From a virus (Duplodnaviria; Caudoviricetes): a stretch of DNA of 32,615 bases. The notes below the pieces were generated by a model. It did no database searches. It was not told where the DNA came from and saw only the letters and a program-made list of their open reading frames with translations. Shown here piece by piece: positions 26,700 to 32,615 of the stretch. The translations under genes were made by a program, and so were the position numbers. The DNA is taken from positions 1 to 32,615 of IMG/VR virus record IMGVR_UViG_3300032225_001635; one strand, written 5' to 3'. Each line of letters starts with the position of its first letter. Positions within the stretch are counted from its first letter, which is position 1.

Positions 26700-26867
26700 C
26701 TACTTAACCCACTCATTCATCGCTTCCTGAAACGCTTGTGATGGTGTGATTGCGTCATCTTCTCTCATTGTTTTCAACGCGGAGTATATTACTTCAATTT
26801 CTAAACCTTGTTCCATTGCTTCGTCTAATAGAACACTTATTACCTTCATATCTGTTTGTGCACTCAT
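26700..26867 (-). CDS. Hypothetical 55-aa protein
   Basis: Not in track. MSAQTDMKVISVLLDEAMEQGLEIEVIYSALKTMREDDAITPSQAFQEAMNEWVK*. Confidence 0.7.
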   Translation of the reverse strand: MSAQTDMKVISVLLDEAMEQGLEIEVIYSALKTMREDDAITPSQAFQEAMNEWVK

Positions 26868-26891
26868 TTTATATAATTTTGCTCATAAATA

Positions 26892-27161
26892 TTATGCTTC
26901 TCCTATAGGACCCGAGTAATATATTTTGCCTGCATTTAGTTTTGGGTCCTGATCAACTAGGTATTTAAGTATTTCAACGTGTTGTAGAAGCATTCCTTTT
27001 AATTCGTAGTTTTCTTTCATTAACTTATACATATCTTCATTTTGGACGTGTTGTTCCTTATCTAATAAGTTAACTTGTTGTTGTAATTTTTGAACATGAA
27101 GAATGACTGTAAATGAAATTATTGCTAATATAATGATAAATGCAAATATTATTATTACCAT
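26892..27161 (-). CDS. Membrane-anchored coiled-coil protein
   Basis: 89 aa; N-terminal hydrophobic helix. Confidence 0.7.
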   Translation of the reverse strand: MVIIIFAFIIILAIISFTVILHVQKLQQQVNLLDKEQHVQNEDMYKLMKENYELKGMLLQHVEILKYLVDQDPKLNAGKIYYSGPIGEA

Positions 27162-27163
27162 AA

Positions 27164-27724
27164 CTATGAATTTAAATATAAACGATTATGATTGTATTCA
27201 GCCACGACATTACCTTCAGCTAACACACCATAACTATATCTAATATGTTGATACATTTCATTTAATGACTTCTCAGACACCCTACCTAATTCTTTAGCGA
27301 AATAATTATTTGACTCATCAACTATGTTTTGTGGTGTGTCTAGTAGTCCACAGTAATTTGCTTCACCTACTTCTGATATAAACATTCCACTATATAAACC
27401 TTTTAGATTATATTTTTCAACAAATTTATCTGCGTTGCACCAAATGAATATGCATTCTTTATTTTCTAATAATGGAACTGTAGAGTGACCAATAATCATT
27501 CCTTGCATTCCGAACTGTCCTACAGCAAATAATCCTTGTGGTGAACCATGGCCCATCATCATGATACGATCATGTTGTTTAATTTGTTCATCAACTTCAT
27601 CTTTAGTCACTCCCCCTCTGATGATTGTTATATCATCAAAGTCGGGGAATGATTTAAGATTCATATAGATCGGTGTTAAAAAATCTGTTGATCTATCGTT
27701 TGGATGTATCACTAATGTTTTCAT
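27164..27724 (-). CDS. Putative clan CD (caspase/gingipain/CHAT-like) cysteine peptidase domain
   Basis: 186 aa; hydrophobic strand + GHG ('IMMMGHGS') and hydrophobic strand + C ('IFIWCNA') about 37 residues later. Confidence 0.5.
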   Translation of the reverse strand: MKTLVIHPNDRSTDFLTPIYMNLKSFPDFDDITIIRGGVTKDEVDEQIKQHDRIMMMGHGSPQGLFAVGQFGMQGMIIGHSTVPLLENKECIFIWCNADKFVEKYNLKGLYSGMFISEVGEANYCGLLDTPQNIVDESNNYFAKELGRVSEKSLNEMYQHIRYSYGVLAEGNVVAEYNHNRLYLNS

Positions 27725-27742
27725 GGTTATTTATTTTACTTA

Positions 27743-28027
27743 TTAGTAATTTTCATCACAATCATAACAATCATTTTCAAATGATTCAAGTAATGTATCT
27801 AGTTTATTTTCGCATTCATAAGTAATATAATATGATTTTCCTACCTCAAACATAATATCACTAATGTTTTCTTCACCTTTTAAACTATCTAATGTGCGTC
27901 TAATATCTGCTAAATCAGATGAAATGTCTTTAAGTGTTTGTACTTGCTCATTAGTTAAGGTATTTAATCTAGGAACTGTTTTAATCATTTCCTGTAATTC
28001 GCTTACTGTTGTTTTTTTCTTTGCCAT
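27743..28027 (-). CDS. Hypothetical protein
   Basis: 94 aa ORF. Confidence 0.7.
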   Translation of the reverse strand: MAKKKTTVSELQEMIKTVPRLNTLTNEQVQTLKDISSDLADIRRTLDSLKGEENISDIMFEVGKSYYITYECENKLDTLLESFENDCYDCDENY

Positions 28028-28030
28028 AAT

Positions 28031-28216
28031 TTAAAATGTTTGGTTTTTATCTTTAATTTTTTGTTTTTGTTTAATCCACTCTAGTTGATCAGCTAATGAA
28101 ACTAGTTCATTAAACTCACGTTCCATAAGTGGTTTTTCTTTTTTCTGTCTATGTAAATTGCGATCTACTCTATTTGATGCTTTATCTTGTGATGATTCTT
28201 TAGTGCCGATTGCCAT
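28031..28216 (-). CDS. Hypothetical protein
   Basis: 61 aa; promoter motif at 28237. Confidence 0.7.
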   Translation of the reverse strand: MAIGTKESSQDKASNRVDRNLHRQKKEKPLMEREFNELVSLADQLEWIKQKQKIKDKNQTF

Positions 28217-28267
28217 AATTTTATTTTTAATTTAACTAAATATACGAAAAATATTTTGCCTATTCAT

Positions 28268-28420
28268 TTAAATTATCTCAAATTCTTGTCTAAATACCTT
28301 TTCGGCTTCGCGTTTACATTCTGCTAATGTTAAAGGAACACCATGGGCTTTCATTGCTTTAGCTTCTTCATTAACCCATACTCTAAGTTGCGCTTTTGTT
28401 AACTTACTTTTAATTTTCAT
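28268..28420 (-). CDS. Hypothetical 50-aa protein
   Basis: Not in track. MKIKSKLTKAQLRVWVNEEAKAMKAHGVPLTLAECKREAEKVFRQEFEII*; promoter motif at 28440. Confidence 0.7.
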   Translation of the reverse strand: MKIKSKLTKAQLRVWVNEEAKAMKAHGVPLTLAECKREAEKVFRQEFEII

Positions 28421-28444
28421 AACTTATTTTTTGTTTAATTAAAT

Positions 28445-28476
28445 ATAGGGAAGGGGCTTTGACGCCCCAACCCTAT
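28445..28476 (-). terminator. Stem-loop overlapping a promoter motif (terminator or regulatory hairpin)
   Basis: ATAGGG-aa-GGGGC-tttgac-GCCCC-aa-CCCTAT directly after the DUF932 stop codon. Confidence 0.55.
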
Positions 28477-28482
28477 TATTAA

Positions 28483-29274
28483 CTATAGATATGATTCAGC
28501 TAATTCAAATAATTCTTCATTTAGCTTAATGTCCTGTTGAAAATTATTTACTGATCGTGCTTTGCGACTCTTATTTCCGTATTTGTAACCACCACCTAAT
28601 ATTTTCTCTTGTACTCGATTAAACACAGCCCATAAATCAGTTCCTTCATCTTCAGGACGATCAACACGTAACACGTCCATTATATTGACTGTCATTTTAT
28701 TTCGTAATGATGCTGCTTTAGTTGCAAATTCAACAATTGCGTTCTCACTAAGTTGCGTTGATTTGAATAAATTAATTTTCTGAACTAAATTAGGTAGTTT
28801 AGTAATTACTTCATTTACTTTTGCCTGTAATGATTCGAATGTGTAGTTCATATGGCGGATACTAACATTACTAAAATCAGCATCACTAACTACTAAACCA
28901 TTACTACACACAAGGCGGAATATACCTACTCTAAAATTGAACGCTGCTTTACCATCATGACTATTTGTTAATAGTATTTGTGGAAACGCATCATCACCAT
29001 TTTTACCCTTAATCATGATTTCAGGATTACGAAATACAACAATGTGTTTTTGAAATCCTTTACCCTTACGCGCTTTTACTTCTTGCGCTTTAGTTACTTG
29101 CCAACCTAATCTCATCAAATCTTCTACAACACGTGATGTAGGCGTTTGAATGTATTTGTCGGTTAAGTGAGGCGCTTTATCAGTAGTAAAAACTGATGGA
29201 GTCATTGTCTTGATCTGTTCTAATGAATAACTATTATTAGTCATCATTGAGCTTGCATTTAATTCATTTGTCAT
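28483..29274 (-). CDS. DUF932 (DUF945) family protein
   Basis: 'PSVF.......TDKY....T..VVE.L...GW......FQKH...FR......PQILLTNSHDG.AAF.FRVGIFRLVCSNGL....DLW.VFNRVQE' is the DUF932 signature. Confidence 0.85.
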   Translation of the reverse strand: MTNELNASSMMTNNSYSLEQIKTMTPSVFTTDKAPHLTDKYIQTPTSRVVEDLMRLGWQVTKAQEVKARKGKGFQKHIVVFRNPEIMIKGKNGDDAFPQILLTNSHDGKAAFNFRVGIFRLVCSNGLVVSDADFSNVSIRHMNYTFESLQAKVNEVITKLPNLVQKINLFKSTQLSENAIVEFATKAASLRNKMTVNIMDVLRVDRPEDEGTDLWAVFNRVQEKILGGGYKYGNKSRKARSVNNFQQDIKLNEELFELAESYL

Positions 29275-29322
29275 AACTTTATTTTTTTGTTTAACTAAAT
29301 ATACAAAAAAGATTTTGCCTTC

Positions 29323-31167
29323 CTATCTTATAAAAGTGATACTTTGTCCGTAAGTTGTAGCGAAATATGTTCCACGTGGTAATTCACTAGCATTTATAGT
29401 AGCTCCATTTGCAACGTAATTATAATTTCTAACTACACTTCCTGATGCGTCTGATACCCTCATTACACCAGCAACATTACAAGTAATATTAATTCTTCTA
29501 TTACTTGAAGTATAATTAAATCTAGTTATAACTATAGGACTAGTACATGTTCTAAATAAGCTATCGGGGCTTGGTACTCCAATACATCCTGTTGGATTAA
29601 ATGTATATGACCTTGTTTGTGATCCATTAATACATGTTGACCAAGTTCCGTATGTGAAAGTACATGGCACTGTAGGTGTTGTACAAGTTCTTGTTATACT
29701 ATCCGTTGGAGGAACTCCTGAGCATCCTATTGGGGTTGAAGTAAATGTTCTAGTTTGAGTTCCATTAGAACAAGTAGTCCAAGTACCGTATGTAAATGTA
29801 CAAGGCGTTGGTGCTACTCCATTGTATTGGTAAATTCCCATTGAAGGAGTTGTTCCAACTGTATTACCACTAAAATCTCTTGTTAAACCAATATTAACAC
29901 CACTATTAATTGCTGGTGATGTACTTGTTAATCTATAATCCCAATTTAATGGATTTGCATCTGATGTGTTAGCCCAAATAATTCCTGATGTAGCTATTTC
30001 TGTAGCGCCTAATATAAAATTAGTTACAGTACCACCTGATAATTTATATATGTTATTAGTGTGTGTTAAATTAGTACCACTTAACTGTCCACTTCTTGTT
30101 AATTCTAAACCATTAGATACTTGAATTATATTGTTTTTAAGAACTATAATTCCAGCTGTGGCATCTGATGTTGCCAAAGAAAACATAATTCCACTACTAC
30201 CTCCTGGGTTTACATTAGGAACGGTTTGTAATATTACATTATTATAAAACTGTAAGTTTCTTACCGCAGTTTTATACTGCCCGCTGTTATTGATATAAAC
30301 TACTGTGTTGTTATTAATAATCTTGTTATAATAAATTTTGTTATTTTGAATTAGGTTATTTGCAACACCATCATTAGTACTACCAAACTCAAAAATACCA
30401 TTACATTCATAAAATGTATTGTAAGCAATTATATTATTTTCAATAACAGAACCCTCTTCAAAAAATTCTACACCACCTCCATCAAATGTATAATCATAAC
30501 TAGCCGCATAACAATCATGAAAGTAGTTACTAGTAACAGTATTGTTCGAACTAGATAATTGAACAGGAACCCCACCATAATCATCATCTGGGTTAACAGT
30601 TGTTGGTGTATTTTTAATCATTCTTAAATTTCCAATATCACAAGAATCAACTGTGTTACCGTTATTACCTGGTGGGAAATAAGCTCCATAACCTATTCTA
30701 TCCATTCTACATTTTCTAATAACTACACCTGTACATCCTTGATATGTAGCAAATACATTTTGTATCTTGGCTTGAACATATCTATCTGTAAATGAGATAG
30801 TTGTGTCACTAATGTTCCAACCATAGAATGTGATATTAGTACAAGTGTTTAGTGTAAATAATACACTTAATGTTGAGCCTGTACCCCAAAATAGTGGGTC
30901 AGCACCTATACCATACACACCAAAGTAAATATTGGATTTACTGTTTAGTGTTAGTGTACCTGAGAATTTAGAACTTTTAGCAAATAATACAGAATCTCCA
31001 TTAGCTACATTACTTTGTGCTTTAGATAATGTTTGCCAAGGAGTTAATGGATTTTGTGCTTGTGTTGTTGTGTAAGTGTCATTTCCTGATTGACTTACAT
31101 AGAATTTTCTTGCTTGCGCCGTAAACATTGTAACAATTAACGTAAACAGCAAAACGATTTTTTTCAT
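29323..31167 (-). CDS. Secreted right-handed beta-helix protein with two TSP1-like repeats and a T9SS type A-like C-terminal domain (614 aa)
   Basis: Likely start MKKIVLLFTLIVTMFTAQA (signal peptide I). 'FYVS.SGND......NP.TPWQTL...GD.VLF' and N-rich repeats fit a pectin-lyase-like helix; 'DYRL..TSPAINSG...DF.GN...P.MG.YQY' fits choice-of-anchor Q; two CTFTYGTW.TC.NG.QTR repeats; C-terminal 'VSDASGSVV...INASELPRGTYF...ITFIR'. Confidence 0.75.
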   Translation of the reverse strand: MKKIVLLFTLIVTMFTAQARKFYVSQSGNDTYTTTQAQNPLTPWQTLSKAQSNVANGDSVLFAKSSKFSGTLTLNSKSNIYFGVYGIGADPLFWGTGSTLSVLFTLNTCTNITFYGWNISDTTISFTDRYVQAKIQNVFATYQGCTGVVIRKCRMDRIGYGAYFPPGNNGNTVDSCDIGNLRMIKNTPTTVNPDDDYGGVPVQLSSSNNTVTSNYFHDCYAASYDYTFDGGGVEFFEEGSVIENNIIAYNTFYECNGIFEFGSTNDGVANNLIQNNKIYYNKIINNNTVVYINNSGQYKTAVRNLQFYNNVILQTVPNVNPGGSSGIMFSLATSDATAGIIVLKNNIIQVSNGLELTRSGQLSGTNLTHTNNIYKLSGGTVTNFILGATEIATSGIIWANTSDANPLNWDYRLTSTSPAINSGVNIGLTRDFSGNTVGTTPSMGIYQYNGVAPTPCTFTYGTWTTCSNGTQTRTFTSTPIGCSGVPPTDSITRTCTTPTVPCTFTYGTWSTCINGSQTRSYTFNPTGCIGVPSPDSLFRTCTSPIVITRFNYTSSNRRINITCNVAGVMRVSDASGSVVRNYNYVANGATINASELPRGTYFATTYGQSITFIR

Positions 31168-31231
31168 TAATGTGGTTTTTAATTTAAACAATATAGGATT
31201 GTTTTCATTGGATAGCAACCATAAATATAAT

Positions 31232-31257
31232 AAAAAAAGCCCTCAAAATGAGGGCTT
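31232..31257 (-). terminator. Intrinsic terminator
   Basis: Minus strand AAGCCCTCA-TTT-TGAGGGCTT then TTTTT. Confidence 0.8.
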
Positions 31258-31284
31258 AATGCGTAAATCAAAAGTAATATAAAA

Positions 31285-31446
31285 TTACTTATTCTTAATA
31301 ATTGACCATACAGTACCGATTGCTGTGATAACAGCACCGATTACTTCTTCAGTCATAGCTTCTGTAGCTATACCTTTGATAATAAGGATACCACCTACGA
31401 ATGTTAATGTGTGGCGGATAATACCTAATACTTGTTCTTTGTTCAT
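31285..31446 (-). CDS. Putative holin-like 53-aa two-TM protein
   Basis: Not in track. MNKEQVLGIIRHTLTFVGGILIIKGIATEAMTEEVIGAVITAIGTVWSIIKNK*; the 'IRH.LT..GG....G....WS' pattern recalls small putative phage holins; own terminator. Confidence 0.65.
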   Translation of the reverse strand: MNKEQVLGIIRHTLTFVGGILIIKGIATEAMTEEVIGAVITAIGTVWSIIKNK

Positions 31447-31512
31447 AATATAAAGTTTTTAATTATACCAATACATATTTGAAAGATATAAAAGAACGCG
31501 ATTCATAACTTT

Positions 31513-31752
31513 CTATTTTATATTGGTTAATGGATACGAGTTTAAAATAGAATCTTTATCTACAATAGTATCACAATATTCAGAACCGGTATTTCCTGAC
31601 CAATCGCTTTTTGTTCTAGCTTTTTTAGATATTTCTTCTTTAGCTGCTTCTACATGTAGTTTAGCAAACTCTATCATCATCTGATGGTCAACAGGATATG
31701 TTTTCATGGGATGATAAGTTTTAGCAAACTCTTCTGCTGTTGGTATGTTCAT
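31513..31752 (-). CDS. Hypothetical protein ('IPTAEEF...MIEFAKLHVEAA...SILNSYPL.NIK')
   Basis: 79 aa ORF. Confidence 0.75.
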   Translation of the reverse strand: MNIPTAEEFAKTYHPMKTYPVDHQMMIEFAKLHVEAAKEEISKKARTKSDWSGNTGSEYCDTIVDKDSILNSYPLTNIK

Positions 31753-31894
31753 AATTTTCTATTAATTCTTCTTTAGTGTAAAATTTTCTTTGTGTTCCAT
31801 GTACATACTGATCTGGACTTGTAGAATAATATGTACCATCTTTATATCTATGCCATTGGTTATCTTCTAACCATTGTAGAAATTCTATTAACAT
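31721..31894 (-). CDS. Hypothetical 57-aa protein
   Basis: Not in track. MLIEFLQWLEDNQWHRYKDG...TKEELIENYEHTNSRRVC*; 32-nt overlap with the next gene. Confidence 0.6.
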   Translation of the reverse strand: MLIEFLQWLEDNQWHRYKDGTYYSTSPDQYVHGTQRKFYTKEELIENYEHTNSRRVC

Positions 31895-31897
31895 AAT

Positions 31898-32011
31898 TTA
31901 GTTGTTTATAATGATTAATAATATTAATCCAATCAATAGAATTGTTCCTAGGATAATCATCATAATACATCCTTCTTTTCTTTGCTGTTTATTTAGTGGT
32001 AAGTCCCTCAT
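31898..32011 (-). CDS. 37-aa single-TM microprotein (paralog 2)
   Basis: Not in track. MRDLPLNKQQRKEGCIMMIILGTILLIGLILLIIINN*; 34/37 identical to 13460-13573. Confidence 0.8.
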   Translation of the reverse strand: MRDLPLNKQQRKEGCIMMIILGTILLIGLILLIIINN

Positions 32012-32014
32012 AAT

Positions 32015-32101
32015 TTATTCGTTTACTATTTTATCAAATACTTTTCTTACAATGTACTTTACTAGCTCCCATATGATTATTACAATAATTATTTGTTTCA
32101 T
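32015..32101 (-). CDS. 28-aa hydrophobic microprotein
   Basis: Not in track. MKQIIIVIIIWELVKYIVRKVFDKIVNE*; stop 3 nt before the next ATG. Confidence 0.45.
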   Translation of the reverse strand: MKQIIIVIIIWELVKYIVRKVFDKIVNE

Positions 32102-32134
32102 GTCAGTTTATAGGTTTACTAATTTTTTTTATTG

Positions 32135-32614
32135 TTAGCTTGTAGGCTTACTTTTTAATTGTTCTCTATACCATCTAATTGCATAAACCCAGGTTTTTAA
32201 TGCTATAGCACTTGGTTCATAAGAACCTTCTTTATCATACCATTCTCTAGCACCTTTCTCTATTTCTTCATCTGATATTTCTTGTTGGGGAAGTGTAGCC
32301 ACACCATCTTTGATTAAGTCTTGGTCTGTTGTTAGGATGATTTTTTTACAATGGAAATTTAATTTTTCTTTACCATTATATCGTATTGGGTGTTGTCTTC
32401 CTGCTTTCTCTAAAAACCAATCTCCTTTTTTAATTTCTTCCTCATTGGTGATATAAGTGTTTGCATTTATTTTATATGTATTCTCTTTATATAGAGTTTC
32501 TTGTTGGGGAAGTTGTGAACACTCATTCCATACTTGTAATAATGCTTGTTGAACACTTATACTATCAGGATAAGCAGTTTGTTGTTGTATTTCTTTAATT
32601 CTTTCTGATGTCAT
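32135..32614 (-). CDS. Hypothetical, apparently mosaic protein
   Basis: 159 aa; LPQQE occurs twice; start at the window edge so it could extend upstream. Confidence 0.7.
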   Translation of the reverse strand: MTSERIKEIQQQTAYPDSISVQQALLQVWNECSQLPQQETLYKENTYKINANTYITNEEEIKKGDWFLEKAGRQHPIRYNGKEKLNFHCKKIILTTDQDLIKDGVATLPQQEISDEEIEKGAREWYDKEGSYEPSAIALKTWVYAIRWYREQLKSKPTS

Positions 32615-32615
32615 A

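Larger units (their letters stand above)
14671..29319 (-). promoter_or_regulatory. About 30 dispersed copies of a promoter-like motif, consensus GGC(A/G)AAA-N8-GTATATTTA(G/A)TTAAA, followed by an A-rich leader and (G/A)TTATG
   Basis: Plus-strand core TAAATATA (or one-mismatch variant) near 14683, 14898, 15141, 15590, 15932, 16174, 16662, 16979, 17419, 17658, 18141, 18495, 18712, 19062, 19580, 19853, 20279, 20732, 21210, 21491, 21877, 22112, 22956, 23587, 24100, 25206, 25979, 26677, 28237, 28440, 29296. Each is followed about 11-12 nt later by GCC/ACC-type bases, and nearly all lie just upstream of a minus-strand ATG. Resembles the Bacteroidota primary-sigma promoter (-33 TTTG, -7 TAnnTTTG). 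Confidence 0.85.

Noticed and set aside
14671-29319. Repeated motif as a CRISPR array or integron attC sites
   Set aside because: Copies are degenerate, non-palindromic and separated by whole genes; no cas gene, integrase or attC-like structure is visible in the window.
13460-32011. Duplicated segment as a genome terminal repeat
   Set aside because: Similarity is limited to about 115 bp, is diverged, and the flanks differ.
6010-32138. Plus-strand track ORFs (6010, 13145, 16453, 22418, 24406, 25069, 26302, 31902)
   Set aside because: Antisense to well-supported minus-strand genes, mostly non-ATG starts, no promoter motif.
1-32615. Stop-codon reassignment as seen in some large Bacteroidota phages
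   Set aside because: Long genes are intact in code 11, and TAG and TGA occur at gene ends abutting the next gene or promoter.

Overview
Very AT-rich fragment (roughly 25-30% GC by eye) of a large tailed dsDNA phage genome with a contractile-tail baseplate module. The host is most likely Bacteroidota: the promoters resemble the TTTG / TAnnTTTG type, the leaders are A-rich without Shine-Dalgarno sequences, and one protein carries a T9SS-like C-terminal sorting domain. All credible genes are on the minus strand and read in the standard code. 1-12.6 kb is a structural/late block: a large wedge-like protein (missed by the ORF track, truncated at the window edge), a gp6/J-like wedge, a gp25-like protein, a probable hub/spike, a gp55-like sigma factor and an ADP-ribosyltransferase-like protein. 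12.6-32.6 kb is an accessory block of about 60 mostly small genes. About 30 copies of one promoter-like motif (GGCRAAA-N8-GTATATTTAGTTAAA) split 14.7-29.3 kb into one- to four-gene units. Highlights: four otherwise unrelated acidic proteins share an N-terminal 'NE-x-KR-x-Q-x-LAGI-x-E' leader and lie downstream of a second, late-type motif (ATATTTAT), suggesting a capsid-loading system for interchangeable cargo; a phage-encoded T9SS substrate; a clan CD-like protease; two AT-hook proteins; a duplicated 37-aa membrane microprotein; and three structured non-coding islands (14.15-14.40, 17.03-17.41, 17.69-17.93 kb). All functional calls come from motif recognition by eye; no searches were run.
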